Assembly: GCA_000320545.1 (NCBI GenBank)
Contig: ADNK01003482.1
Location: 66,833-130,832 of the forward strand
Source: Bigelowiella natans CCMP2755
Taxonomy: Eukaryota; Protista; Cercozoa
Length of the DNA stretch: 64,000 nucleotides
Direction of reading: 5' to 3'
Position numbers and translations under genes: made by a program. Below are positions 1 through 14,731 of this stretch, piece by piece (positions within the stretch are counted from its first letter, which is position 1; every line of letters begins with the position of its first letter). Under the pieces are notes generated by a model. The model did no database searches and was not told the DNA's origin. It saw only the letters and a program-made list of their open reading frames with translations.

Positions 1-1198
1 TTGCATGAAGCAGATCACAACGGATTTTGCCAGTGCGCTCGTAGTAAATCGGACGCCCTTCTTTGTCGCAGCCTAATTACGATAATAAGGAATACCTTCT
101 TCTCATTTCCTACTCAGCAAAGTGCGCGGCACTGTACGGTACCATGTGTGCAACTGAACGGGATGCACTTGTTCATGACGGTTTGCTTCTTCGGTTCATT
201 CTCCTACATTTATCAAACATTTTTTTAATTTTCATAGAGAATTCTCAGGATAGTAATCTTTGTACTTACCATCGTCAATTCTCCGACTTTGTTCTCTTCG
301 AACCATTTCTAGAACATCGAGCAAATCATATGTTATCGGATTAACGTGATGGAAACGTGTACGATTCCATGTTCTTCCTTTCGAATTGTGTATTTTCACT
401 CCTTCGTTTTTGTTGGATTTATGAATTGTGAGCCAGCACGTGAGCGTATAAGAAAGAGAGAGGTGGGTGAGGGGGTATGGCGCTTATATCTTCCATTTTC
501 GTGTGTTCCACCAGAAAGACAGTAAGCTTTTCGAAGGCGGCAGTCGCATCATACGCCCTGAAATATTGGCGAGGCTAAGATCGATAATCTTGGAAAATAT
601 AAGAGTTGTGTGAACGCACTTGTTTTCCAAGAACCGAAGGAGGAAAATATCTGGGACATCCTCGTATCCTGAACGGCAAAGCAATAATGAATGCGCCGTC
701 CAATTGTTTCACACATTGATTTTGAAGAAATTTAAAAATATAGATTCATCGGCTATACATTTAGAAGTAAGATTAAGCGGAATATGATTATCTTGTCAAG
801 GTTCAAGAATATTTTGTCATCTCTTTGTCACCATGCTACAACCCACATTTACAAATTATACGACTGCTGATCACATTCAATGCATTCGAGTGCAACGATC
901 TTCCATGACGAAAAAAGGAACAATCTAAACGATCTGAATAAAGAATCCTCTTGGAAAGTGGAGTATCTTGAGGAAGGGAGACTACCAGCCTTGCCGACGG
1001 CTGCCCGCAAACTCTCAACAGCCTTCATTCGAATTACATAAAACAAGTTATGCCATTTTAAAAAAAAACAAGATGAAATAAATAGATAGAATTAAAATTT
1101 AAACTGACTACCTTCTTCTCATCATCGCCGAGGGATTCAATCTTTAACTTGGAGGCATTCTTCATCTGGTGGGCGGACGTGCCCCATTTCGACGCCAT
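1..1198 (-). CDS. Sec14/CRAL-TRIO lipid-transfer protein, multi-exon, 3' end runs off the window
   Basis: ATG at 1198 (MASKWGTSAHQMKNASKLKIESLGDDEKK, then a GT donor). Spliced exons give EDVPDIFLLRFLENK (CRAL-TRIO N motif) and KCIPFSCTHG|CDKEGRPIYYERTGKI (Sec14 HGxDKxGRP(V/I)YxERxG signature). Confidence 0.85.
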
Positions 1199-1760
1199 CG
1201 TGCAAATTCAGATTTGTACGACGCGTAGCTCAGAATAATTTTACTACGACAACACAATCTTCATGTCTTTTTAGAGTGATGAAAGGTAATACGATCCAGC
1301 TCCATGAAGGTAGTAAGAGGCGATCGACTTCAAGTTACGAGTTATCTCTCTAAATTCTTTGACGGAGGTACAAAACTTAGACCATAAAAGAGAACCTCTA
1401 AAAAAAGAAAATAAATAATTTTGACTAATATAAAGCGTATTGGAGCTCCCACGAAGAGAAAATTCCCGAACTAATATTTCTCCAATATAAATATTTCAGC
1501 GGTGTTCAATCTTTAATTAAATTTTGACGACCACTAAAAGACCTTGTCGTTTAACGATTTTCTCCACATATATTTGTGTTAAGTGCCATATTTTGGCGGG
1601 TGACCGTTGTGGCCTTTGGTTCGATGAGGCGATGATGTAGTCGATTTATGTACGAAGACATCATTACTGGGACGTCGTTGTTCAGATTTCATCGCTCACA
1701 ACCTGAAAAGACAACAGCAACAGTCGCCCCCCCCATCCTCATCGTCGGTACAACCACAGG

Positions 1761-3776
1761 ATGAAAACGACTTTCCCAATCTTAAAGATCCGCGAGATCG
1801 TAAAATGTCTCCGGGAGCTTCACATCTCCTTGTCAACTGAGGAAATCAAGAAACCTACCAGGAAGAAGATGATGGAGGTACACGTAAAACTTATCAACTG
1901 ATATGATTAAGAGAGACAATGCTCGAATGGTGTCACAGACATTTATCATTGTTTCTAAGTTGAGAGAAAATTAAATGCTACATGGACTGTCACATCAGGT
2001 TTATGAAAAGTTCCTGCATCATATGATGGGTGTCTCCAAAGAAGAGCTTCGACAACCCGCTTTTGATTCTATGGACTGCTTTGAGTATCCAGAGTTACAT
2101 GAGGATTCTGTTGGAGAGTTCTCGACCAGTTATTTCTTGTAAGTTATTCATTTACTAACTGAAACTTACTATACATAAAACGCGATTCTCTTGGAAGGCT
2201 TCGCCTTTTCCATGCAGTAGGCCTCACCAGAGCAAGCATGCGAGATTTCATGTTCCCAAAGTCAAAACGAACCATCAAGACTCTGAGCGCTCTCATTAAC
2301 TTCGCCAAGTTTCGAGAAGAAAAGTTACCTCTGTACACAAAATTCTGCACAGATACGGTAAAACCTTACGATTTTGATAGAAATACATGAGATGATAGAA
2401 TCTACACCAAATACAGGAAGAACTTCAGAACCTTCTCGAAAAAGTAGCCATTGAAAACGACTCCTTCAAAGCAAATCTTGCCCAACTAAAGTATGTCACA
2501 AAAGTTTCCGTTAACATAATCCAAATTGAGTTTACTTGGTGTTAGGGAGCAACGAGAGCAAGATGCCCCTCAAATTGAGAAGTTAAGCCAGGAGACAGAA
2601 GAGCTTGCTGGCAAAATTGAAAAACTCAACGAACTGCACGCATCTTTGAGAACTGATATCCGAAGTAGGAAGACAGCTCTTAAAGATACAGAGGATAGGA
2701 TATCAACGAGGTAACGAATGAGTCCATTATATTTCCCGAATCGAAGTAATACGATTTCAACCGTTTTCCCACAAAGCAAATTCGAGATTCTAAATGTGAA
2801 AGAGGAGAATAATGATCTGAAAGAGCAGTTGGTGCAATCTCCAGAGCGAGTAAAAAAGGTTGTGATGTATCATCTAAGAATACTATCAGATATTAAGCAT
2901 TATTCTCCATATTCAGGTGCTCAAGGATCTGACAAAAACTATCAATGTAGAGAAAGGGGAACTGCAAGAGAGTGCAGAGAAGGCGAGAATTCTTCAGAAT
3001 AAAGTTGCTCTTCTTCAAAAAGTGAAAAATGTCAGTAAGTTATCTAATTTTATTCTCCAATCTGTGCTCACGATTTGAATTGTATTCGAACAGAAATTGG
3101 CTAAAAGGATTGCTACGTTGAAAGAGTATGGAAAGATTATGAAAACAATTAAGGAACTTCAGCGAGATATTAAGGTTTTGACAACGGCCATCTTTCGATG
3201 TAAAATGTCATAAGGCTACCGTATTTTCAGGATGGAAGAAAAATCGTGGGCGAAAATAAGGAGCACGTGAAGAGCACAAACATTACTGTTGACCACATGA
3301 AAAGACAAATTAGCCAGTACCAGACAAAGCTCTTCGAGGTACGGTGTACGGAAATATTTAGATGCAGCGCTAATATTTATTGATATCGACCTTTTTGAAA
3401 AAATTTCCAGCTTCAAGAACAATTTGACGAGAAGAGACAAGCGGCAAACAAGCTGTTGAATGAGGCAATGAAGAAAAAAATGGAGAGCATGCATATTGGA
3501 GCCCAGGAAAAGGCTAAAATCGAGCATAACACCATGGTGTATAAGACAAGGAAGCATGAGGTTAGTAGGAGTGGAAAATATAATGTGTACATATTAAAAC
3601 TATACATATTTCTATACATTTTTTATTCATAATTACTTTTACAAATACTTCAGCTTGAATTGGCCAAGAAAACGCATTCTCAGAAAATGCAACACTGGAA
3701 GGATAATTATGCAGATCTTCTCAAAACAGTTAGAAGATATCATGATCACCTAAGGAACAAAATTACCGCGAATTGA
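1761..3776 (+). CDS. NUF2: Kinetochore protein Nuf2 (Ndc80 complex), many short introns
   Basis: MKTTFPILKIREIVKCLRELHI...IKKP|VYEKFLHHMMG...YPELHEDSV; FPKSKRTIKTLSALINFAKFREEK; LVQSPERVK; coiled-coil C-terminus ending ...HLRNKITAN* (TGA 3774-3776). Confidence 0.92.
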
Positions 3777-3879
3777 GATCGTTAGATCAGCAAATTTTAG
3801 TCATCATGTCTTAATAAGCTTGTTTAATTTCCTTATTTGTATTGCCCATCCATTTAATGGACTGTAATGTACACAAGCA

Positions 3880-4670
3880 ATGTTCCAGATAAACACGGAT
3901 AAGATTATTAGCACCCATCACATCAGCACCGCGCATCGCCGCCATCCCCATACGATGCAATGTCACCCCTGCTTGGTTCGGTGTGTAGGCAATCGTTACC
4001 TCATCGCATCATCGATGAGCTGCTGCACACACAACAAAACAAGATACCATGCAGCCTAGCAGCGCAGATATATCCGCTGTCACCCTGCTGCAATGGTCAG
4101 AGCATGCAGCTCATTTCCAGATTTCTAGATTTGTTGTGCACACGTTGCTGTTGTGTGTTGTGTGTGCTAGCTCTAGAGCTTGCTAAAAATGCATCACGAT
4201 GTGGTCTCTAGCTAGGTCTCATGAATGTCCGGCATTCTCTATATTGTATTCTAGCATTCTAGCATTCTATAGCTAGCATCATTTGTGCATCATCAATTTG
4301 GTCACAAGCACCATTTAGCAGCCATGTCGACCTAGCTGTCTAGCTGTGGCTAGCTAGCTAGCTAGCTAGCTAGCCGTCACGTAGAAGAAGGCAGTGATGT
4401 GCTAGCTAGCTAGGACTACGGCTCACATCTAGTCATGTCCAGCTAGCCAGATCTAGCAGAGATGTGCATGGCCATATAATGCAGCAGGTCGCACATCTAG
4501 CTAGCTCGTAGCTATCCATGGCTAGGTGGCATGCATGGTCAAACCACAGCGCAGCATTCAGAAATTGACTGTGCCATGCTAGCATGTGATGTGCAATGAC
4601 ATTGGCCATGCTTGCAAGCAGAGCTAGCAGAGACTAGCAGAGGCAGAGCAGTTGCTACGAGCATTTAAAT
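3880..4670. repeat. Decayed repeat island rich in CTAG/GCATGC, including a (CTAG)n run at ~4350-4374
   Basis: No coherent coding. Dense ctag, catg and tgca motifs. Lies between the convergent NUF2 and ZDHHC 3' ends. Confidence 0.65.
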
Positions 4671-5000
4671 TTTGCTCAGAATCGAACGACATCGGTACGT
4701 CGGAATTTACAGGAATTTAGCCATGGCAAAGGAGAAGCTTAGTATATATAATCCTCATGTTACACGCGCAAAACTGGAATGTTACGACTAGACATCATGC
4801 TCAACACCAAGTTTTCCTAATTCAATTGCTGAATTGCTTTGGACCTTTTTGTCTTCGAAGTTAACAATGTTGGCTTTAATCGAGACGTCACTGATGTGAT
4901 GGAGAAAATGAAAATAGTAGAATGTAAAAATTATGTACGGTTTTTGAGATTGCGCATCATCAACTTGTAGAATGTGGTCGATAATCCATATCTAGATATA

Positions 5001-7669
5001 CTACCTGCCCTCTTCTTTCTCTATTTCATTTTTTTTCTGTATCTCTTTCTCCCTTTCTTCCCCCGGCAGTGTGTAGCCGTAGAGCGTCTCCCAGTCTCTC
5101 CAGCATGGCTTCGAAGGCCATAACCACTCCGAACAATATTCAGCGTCGCCCATCACCTTAAGGCAACAATGATTGCAGGCCGTCAGTCTATCATTAGGAG
5201 GCATTTCAATACACACACCTCCGCCAAGTTCTGGAAGAAAGGATTTGCCTTCCTGAATGTTTTCTTCTGCAAGCGATCGATCTTTGTCTACCGAGGGGAG
5301 GGGTAGCATAGATATGTAAGACTCGAACAGGAGAAATTGAGGATGGTGATAATGAGGAGGAAAAGGAGGGGGGATCATCAACAAAACCTTTACCTGATCT
5401 GATACTATGGAACCCACTTGGTCACACAGCATGCAGATTGTGAATAGACCGAACATTAGAGCTTCAAAAGTCTAAAAGACGATAAATTAAGATGATGCTC
5501 CGGGAGGGATGAGCAAAGGTGAGCGTTAAAAACAAAAATGGTTGGTAGCAGCAACATGCACTCTCAAGTACAGGTTGAAATAAAGCAGCTTCGATACTAG
5601 CAAACAGCAGATATGTGTATTGCAATATAAATGATGGTGTGGATGGTCTATAATTACCAGCAGGGCATAGAGAATGGTGACATGTGGACTCTGGGTGGTA
5701 AGTTTGCAAACCTGAGGGAATTAACGACATGTCAAGACGCATTGCCCCAGTCTGCTCTACTAGATGAGCGAGAGAAGCAACTTCAAATTCGGATTACCAT
5801 CAATTCATTACCTCGAGCATCTCTTGAGTTGCAAGTTCTGTATGACGTGGAGCCCGTGGCATCCCGGATTTTGCCATAATCTTCAACGCCATTCTAACAA
5901 ATAGCAGTAGTAATAGTAGTGCACTTTAGAGCAATCGAATGTGCGGATAGGCAACACCGCCCCACAAACCTAAAAAATGATTTCATAAAGGATAGGATTT
6001 TGGAGTCGAGAGATCATTCGTCGTATAACCTTGACGAGCTCTGTCCGCATCGCACAAATAGAGTGAGGACAAGTCCCAGAGAAAGCCAACAGCTATGACA
6101 AGTAGTATCACAGAGTGATTATGCGGAAATGAGGAGAATATTATATCACCATAAAGTAAGTTGTAAGATGGAGTACTAGGAAATTGCTTACATTTAAAGA
6201 TCAGTATCGTCGTCGTCGCGTCATCATCATCATCATCATTATATTCAACAGCCTCAATTGTTCAGATAATCAATCTGAGAATGAAGGTGGCCATAGAGTG
6301 CTAAGTAGAGGATATACCTGAGCGAGATATAGAGCAGGAAAAGTAGAAACAGCTTTTGGTTGCCAAGACCGACGCAGTTATTCACCCACGGACAATGGTG
6401 GTCCTGAGTGTTAAGAAAAAATACTACTATCAGATATAATCTTCTTATTAGAAGTCTGAAGATCCAGACTATCATATCAAGTACTTGGATAGATTGGAGG
6501 ATGTGGGATTTCAGAAAGGGCATAAGAAAGAGAAAATCTGTGAAAGAGAAAATCTGTAGAACAAAATTGCCACCCCTACCATTCTGACGACATTTCTCTG
6601 TATTTGGCGATCGAAATGCGCTCGTGGAGGCTTATAAACTCCCGTCCGCCGGCATTTGGGTAGTGGCTGATAATTATCATTACTCCATTATTTTACACCA
6701 TGAAAGGCACTGCTAGATGGTTTTCGCATTTTAAAAGATTATTTAATATGGAATGCTAGAGGTAAACTCCAGAATTTGGGGTCTGATAATTGTTTCACGC
6801 AATCGACTCTTGCTGACCCTTCCTATGCGCTTAAACTTGTTGGAGTCTCTGGGTAGTGGTTCGGCCTTTCTTGGCACTGCACCTGTTTAGAGGATGGGTT
6901 CTCATTTTCAGTGAATTCTCGTATGCAAATATCAGAAGCAGCAACGCTTCATTTCTAACATGTCGAAGGAATAGCCAAAAAGACGTCACCAGCTTTTAAA
7001 TATTGCTATACATGAAAACAGTAGTGGTAAAGCATTCTCTAGCTTTTTCGTTTTTAATGTAGAAGAAAGCCTGCATTCGCTAGTCAAATTCTCAACCCGA
7101 CATGCTATACAAACCTGGATCTGTCGTCATTGTACGGTAGTGGCTCAAAGAGGCCATAAAGAGTAACAAGTTGTAAAACAGGAGCAAAAAAATTCCAATC
7201 GTGCTGAAGCCGAACATGGGAACAATGATGAGTCTATTCGTGATGTAACAAGCTCCATATATGAAGAATTGCCTACGTAATCAAATTGAGAGGATGTGAG
7301 TAATAGTATCACAATTTCTTTTCACGGAATATTAGGTCATGATAAGATGCACATGCAGCCTCATTATCGCCTTCAACATCACCATCATCATCACGACCAC
7401 CATACTATCATCATCACTATTGCCATCATCATCATCATCATTATCATCTCATTATCCTCCTCGTCAATCTCTCTGGGTGCTGTATTTACGTACGTAACAC
7501 TAGCGCATAGCATTCCACATGGACTCTTGTTCAGCCAGTAGGAAGATCCTTCGAAAGTTCCTGTACGTCTCCATATTTTGGGGGGGAGGCAATGAGAAAG
7601 CCATAGGAGGAGGTTGGGGAAGCAGGCAGCGACGGGACACGTGGCCAGAAGAGGCAGGTTCGGTGCCAT
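5001..7669 (-). CDS. DHHC palmitoyltransferase (ZDHHC3/7-like), multi-exon, with a degenerate zinc-finger region
   Basis: Exons: [16 protein letters not shown]; [15 protein letters not shown]|AVP; [26 protein letters not shown]|[22 protein letters not shown]; [13 protein letters not shown]; TKIDRLQ; WLWP. Stop at 5001. Start codon less certain. Confidence 0.9.
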
Positions 7670-7859
7670 TCCTGCCTGCCTTTGCGAACTGCTTTCTAGA
7701 TCAAATATTTACGATATTATCTCGATTATATTTAGGATTATTGTTTGTATTAGCAATCGGGTAGATCAAAAATACACAGCCGAACAAAATATCTCCCCCG
7801 TACTCTCATATATTTAGCAGTATTTCTAGAATTTCAAGTGATAAATTACCAGGATTACC

Positions 7860-7896
<37 letters not shown>

Positions 7897-7904
7897 GAGA
7901 AGAA

Positions 7905-8118
7905 TCATGACGCAGGCTCATGCAATTGGGCTCATGTAGAATCACATTCGAGCTGTGATGGAGCGCCTCTCAACTCTCAATGTGTGTGCACTCAAATCCT
8001 AAACAGCGATCGTGGACTGCTGGATGGATCTCCATGATTGATGGATCACGTGGATCAATGACCGAGATCTGCAACACAACACACAACACAACACAACAAT
8101 GATGTCAGGAGATCACAA
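7905..8118. repeat. Small TpA-poor repeat remnant with an (ACACA)-like tail, preceded by (CAA)n
   Basis: Few TA dinucleotides, tgca/catg-rich, ends in acacaacacacaacacaacacaac. Confidence 0.35.
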
Positions 8119-8230
8119 CTATTGTATAAAATATCAGGTAAAACACAGGGCAAATAACACACGCGACAACTAACTCCTAGAATGGTAGCGGGTGGCCGTT
8201 ACCGTTGATGAAACACTGTTTACATAGCCC

Positions 8231-8608
8231 ATGACTTCCGTGCCAGAGCGATGATGCGTCTCCCTGTCTCCTTCGTGTCTAGTTCTAAGCATTAGACCCT
8301 TTCTTATCCATTACCCCACCCTTGGAATTCCTCATCAATAGGGATGGAGCAGTTTAAGGTGTGAAAGTGAAGATACCCCTGCACCGCCCCCTCGTTTTCA
8401 CTTCTGCGTTTGTCAATGTAGGACGTACTGTCCAAGGATGAGCTTGAGCGAGGGATCTCAGCGGAGGAAGTAGGAATTTGATGGATAAGTACATTAAGCA
8501 TATTGTATTTGAGATAGATGAGTATCTTGCATAGGTCACATTACTGGACCCATTCTCCAGGCAAAGCAAAGGTTATCAAGATTTGAATAATTTGAGTGTT
8601 TGTGCGTT

Positions 8609-8652
<44 letters not shown>

Positions 8653-8708
8653 GTTTTGGAGAGGAGTGTATCTAAATTCTTTTATACATCCATAAATATG
8701 ACACACAT

Positions 8709-8754
<46 letters not shown>

Positions 8755-11574
8755 CGTCAATAGCACACATGAAGATTAATATGCAGTCGGACGGAAATCT
8801 TCTGTGATTTTTAAATTAGGAGAACATACGTGTATCATTACGTCTGAAAACGTTCACTTGGTGTCTGATGATAGAGAAGGTAAATCGATTTTTCGAGGCC
8901 TTATGATCGAGTTAGATTATCTTTATTATACTAATTTAAACGATTCTTGAATCTATGATCTTTGGCTTAGTTGTCCACAGTGTAAACTTCTGCAACCTCT
9001 CCAGGGTGTACGTACAGCCTTATGATGGTACGTATGGGATAGGGATGTGGTATTCTAGAAACCGAAATAAGACAGCACAGCAATGTATTTGTTGCATACA
9101 TGAAGACTACTACAAGTACGCTGCCGTGTCTATTCTGCTCCTAATCTTCTTACACGTCTCACCAGGTGACCAACTTCCTCAAATGCAGCTGCAAGCGGTA
9201 GTAAGCCACATAACTTTTCAAAATATTTATTCGAAATCATGAACGGCGCAAATAAACGCTGATTATTTCCTCCCCGGCGTGTATTATCACGGCTGTGTAG
9301 CATCACTGTCTGACATGATTCTCTGGGGTCCACGAAACGCATGATGCTGAGGTGGTGTGCACTGTGTTTTGTAGGGAGTACATCCTCCTCAAGAGCTAAA
9401 GCTCAACGTTGAAAGGCCTGGGAACAAAGGTTGTGAGGAGATGTTAGATAAGATAAGCATAGTTTTGTTTACACTTAAGATGAAGTGTGGATACGGACGG
9501 ATGATGTGCAGTTTTTGTCTTAACATTTTACTGTTCGATGCTTATAATTTAAAACATATTTAGGAAGAGGAGGGACGAATTTAATTGTGTTTGTCGCCCA
9601 TGAAAAGCGGTAATGGGCCGCTTTTCCCGATTGTTAATTATAGTATTCGGATAAGTTGCATCAGCATAATCATCGTTAGCACTAAACCATTAACTATCTT
9701 AATAACGTGTCTTTCAGCTCCCGGATATCGCACATTCTGGATCAAGCTTATAAGTAAAATAATCATCTCTAGCATCAGAAACGGCAATATTACTGCTTAT
9801 CGTTGGATAATGTTGTGCCCCTCACAGTAAGTACGTGATACCGGACATATCCGCCCGTTTGAATTATTATTCTCAGGTGCTACATGGTTCGCTCTTACTC
9901 GCTGAAGAATATGTAAGCACAACGCACAAAATAGAACACAAAATGGCAATACAGACATTCACACTCACACACGCAAAAAGATATCTACGATTCTGCTTTC
10001 GTATAAACTTACAAATGGGATAGTTGTTTGCCAGTGGTATCTGTGGACAAGGAGCAGAGAGAAGACGGTGATGCTAAACAGAACAGAAAAACATCGAGCA
10101 AAGCCACACCGCTGCAGCAGAGGAAAGGTATTGACTACATGTAAGTGAATAACGACAGGAGTTGTTACACGAATGATGTACTGATTTGGATTGGTTCACA
10201 TCGCTACCACTTGTTTTTATAATCTCTATTCGGTTTGTGTTACACATCTTTACCTTCTCCCTGTTTTTTCCAGGTGGTCAGATTCCACATCCTGTGTGCA
10301 GGCTGAGTCAGGGGTCTTACAAGCGTCTCTTTGAGAAGGTAGCAGCAGCAGCAGTAGTAGTAGTAGTAATAGTAGTAGTAGGCCCTGGACGAAATTAGCG
10401 TTGTCCCTTCAACCTAACTTCAATATATTAACCACAATCAGCTTTATGAACAATTCATTAACATTTGTTATTTCCGTCGTCATGCTGTAGAGTTGTTGTT
10501 CTTCTTCTTCTCTTTGCTCACCTCCTGCTTTTGTCAATGGCAGCTTCGGGGTGACCTTGTGGCGTGCAATAATGTGGAGCAGTGCGCGGAACTTCTTGTA
10601 AATACCGCATTATAGATGCACATAAGTTCTGTGCTTTGTCGCTCTATCATTCATCTTCTTCTTCTTTCTTCTTTATTATTATGACAAAAGGAGCAAATGA
10701 CAGTAGTAGCGGGTTGCTCTTCATTCTTTTCACTTCAATGCATACCGGTACTACCCCCAATGCTGCTAGCAATATGTATCTTAAGATACATACGTGGCAA
10801 GCTATATATAGTTAGCAGCTGGTTGATAATGTATGTTGTATTAATGCTACATGCAAACAATAGGTACTGGAAACATGCATCAAAATACTACTCGAGCTAC
10901 AAAGCTACGTAGCACTATTGCTCCGCACAGACTCAAGTAGTAGTAAACATCATATTGGACGATAATCGGACTGACACACTCCTAGACGAAGAGATTCAAT
11001 ACGCATAAATATGCATAGTAAAATCTGTGAGCTAATATCATTTTCTGATTGTTTGTAAATCACTGATAATCATCCTTATCTTTTTCTCCCCCCGAAGCCT
11101 GGCGGTGGCGGCGACACAAGGAGGCGTTGCAGGTAGGGAGACGACGAGAGAGATAACATCGATCGTATGTAAATTGAGTAGTGCTATGTATCTCATCAAT
11201 CTAGATTGTAGAAGCAAAAATGCATGAATGTATGATTCTAAAAGGCCAAGCGAAGTGTCATGGTGTCCACGCTGCGTGTAAAGCTGAAGCTCGACCGAAA
11301 TACAAAGAAACCGGGTGATATTATCATCTTCGTCCTGCTATGAGAGAAGATAGACAAGGGATCACACCTTGGCGCACCCATATCAAGAGAAACGATTTAT
11401 AAAGAAAAACTATACGTGCGTGTGAATATATGAGGAATAGCACATATCGAATCCTCCACCTATCCTTGAGATGTTTTTCTCTGTTCTGCACGTTTGAGGG
11501 CAAAGCAGGAGAGTGCTGCTTGTTGTAAGTAGTGTGGATGTGATTCATCTCTTATTCTCTACCCTGATCTACTG

Positions 11575-11605
<31 letters not shown>

Positions 11606-11982
11606 CTACTGCTACTCGATTAGCATTCGAGTTCTTTCGGGAGGAGAGAGGCCTCAAGATCTTCTTTGATGGGGTGGTGGATGATCAACTTTAGTTACAG
11701 CACAGAAATAGTCGCTACAAATCACAAACTATTCAATATATGATGATAGCCGTCGAGCTATATTTTGCCTTGATTGACGAAGACCAATTTGCATAGGCTT
11801 CTCTTTGAATGATCTATTCATCAAATATTATTATTTATTTATTGTATTTGGAACGAGCGTCATCATTAATGTATTTATTCTTTGTCTCTATCATCATCAA
11901 TCAAGGGCCATGAAAACATCAAAATGGGCGATTATATCGTGAAAGGTGGGTTACGTTCAACTGTGTATCCTTTCGTAAGAAA

Positions 11983-12025
<43 letters not shown>

Positions 12026-12031
12026 TATATA

Positions 12032-12069
<38 letters not shown>

Positions 12070-12191
12070 TGGCAGGAAGGAGGCTCGCTGGCCTTGATGA
12101 TGAGGCCCAACAAGCGGTGCGTGACAACATAAATGCTACATATAAGATGATGCGTTTGACCACCTTCTACTTCTTCCCCCTCCCTCCCATG

Positions 12192-12231
<40 letters not shown>

Positions 12232-14698
12232 TTGTGTATTTTCTGTTATCATGCATGCACATTCTATTTGACAAGAATTAGCTGTTGTGGTCCGCCATCT
12301 GCATTACTCCCTTTGCGCTTTATCCACCGACATCGTTATCGATACTACCCTACCATCCCTTTCCCTCATCCATCTGCATTTTATCCCCCCCCCCCCCCCC
12401 TCTCTCTTGCTCGCCTATGTTAAGGCGTGGGAGAAGTATAAGTATAACGGGGCGTACCTCTCCGTCGAACGTCAAAATGACCGTGAAACAATGAAGGTAA
12501 TTACTGCTCTTTGCAGTGATACGGTGATTGTGCCTTTTGCATCTCCGTGAGCATGTGTATTTTGCACGTATGATACAGGCACTAAATGAGAAGGCAAACA
12601 GGGAAGGAGAACTGACGTAAGATGCCTACAGATTCTAACCAGAAGTTTATCGATGAATATGTGTGTTGTATGATATACGTGCAGCTCATTCCATGCATCA
12701 GCACTACGGTGTTGCTCGGCAAGTTTTTCTCTCTTATCACGAGTGTACCAAGCGTCCTTCGCTGCCCCACTTCGCATGCGGAAGATGGCTATTCAACAAA
12801 GCGATGATGGAACCTCAAGCAGCGGCATTAAAGGCAAGAGAGGCAGCATATTATTTCACAGATGTTTACACATATGAATGAATTAACAACACGAAGTGGA
12901 GATGATGCAAGGAGGCGTGTGTGCGGACGTGCTGATTCTTCTATGCTCAGATAACTGTTCTAAACATGTTCCTCCTGCCTCTTACATCCTCTATCTTTAC
13001 TTTCTCTCTCTCCTTCTTCCCCTCCCTCTCTTTCCTCAGAAATTTTGAAAGCGGTACTCATGGGCACGGAGATGCCTACTGGCGAAGAAGTAGAGGTGAC
13101 AGTAGTAGTGAATTGTAACAAGCCGACAAGCATTGTAGGCCCTAGAATCCTGCACCCTTCTCAGCTCACTAGTTATTGTCTGTCCGTATGTGTTTTTATC
13201 TATGTGATGGTCCTGTCACGCAACTATTTATTATTTCAAATTATAAGGACGACTCGCTGAGGAGATCAACAAGAGGACTCGAGTAATGAACTACTGATTG
13301 ATGCAGATAATGGACTCTACTTCGTGCATCGTAAAGTGTGAAAATTCGATTCTTGATAAATATTGTACTCTCTCAGAGCTTTGCAAAGGATTAGAAAGAC
13401 GCTGAAGTCCAGTCTGAGAGGGTAATAAGCTAGTGCGCCACTACTCAAGGACGCACAGAACGCAAACACACGCCACACAATTATAAGAATTTTATCTTGT
13501 GAAGACAAAGCATTCGTACATATCTCGCCGACGACAAGAGAAATGAATTATATGACAATATTCCTTATCTCACGCCCATGCGTCGTTGTCATCGAGTCTC
13601 TTCTATCGGATGATGGGAATGATTTGTGGAAATGTATTGTTATCCGTTTTAACTACACATTCCTCAGTATAAGGTATTGAACACTGATGATGGCGATTTC
13701 TTCGCAGAGAATCAGGAGTGCTTTCTGGTGGGAAGAAAGGTTCAGGTATCTTACGTTTGTTGAAGAATGTCGGCTCCAAACACACACGCGCGCGCGCGCG
13801 CGCACACATACACACACACACACACACACAGAATAATACTGAATATGCCTTTGCGATTATCCAACAACATATAATGATGTTCATATTGTTTATAGTCCTC
13901 CAGCAGCAGTTCAAGATTCCCAATCTCAGTAAGAACAAACTATTTTTTTTAAAGAAAGTTTTTGGCCTTAACATATTACTAGCACAGAAGATATCTCTCT
14001 CCTCCCCCCGTATCTCTTTGTTACACACACACACACACACACACGCGCGCGCATGCAGAGAGAGAACAAAGTGCAATATGTGCATCTGCTCGTCTGAATG
14101 AAATTTCTGTTATTGTCCCGACTGTTTTTATGGTTGCCTTTCGTCACTAAAGTGTGAGTATTTTTGGTTATTTTCCCTCAGAAGCACTACCACCATTGCA
14201 AGCCAAAGACGAGAAGAAGGCAACACGCGGCGGGCCTCTTCCCGACAGCAAACAGCGAGCTGCTACAAAGCCTACAGCTGAATCACTCGACAAGGCTGAA
14301 GACCAGGCACTCACTATTCCTTCATAAATGATTATAGTGATGATGGTGATGATAATGATGGTGATGATGATGACAGCCGACAACGATTATCGTGCTTGTC
14401 CTGATGGTGATTGATATGAATGAAGATGATGACAAGTAGTGCCTTATGCAGCTGCTTTCTCTACGTTCGAGGAGGAAATTGAAATAGTAATATAACCGGA
14501 AGTGGTGAGCATGGACGATGGCTCTATGAAAGAAGACAGTATAGTAAGCATAATATATGAATATGTACATCGTAGGATGCCTTCGAGCTGCTTATCGAAA
14601 GAACGTGTCATATGCAGGTAATATAAGAGTTGTGGTAGTTACCAAAAGAAACGTACGAAAAAGAAAAAGAAATAACAGTAGCAGAAGCAGCCCCTCTC

Positions 14699-14731
<33 letters not shown>

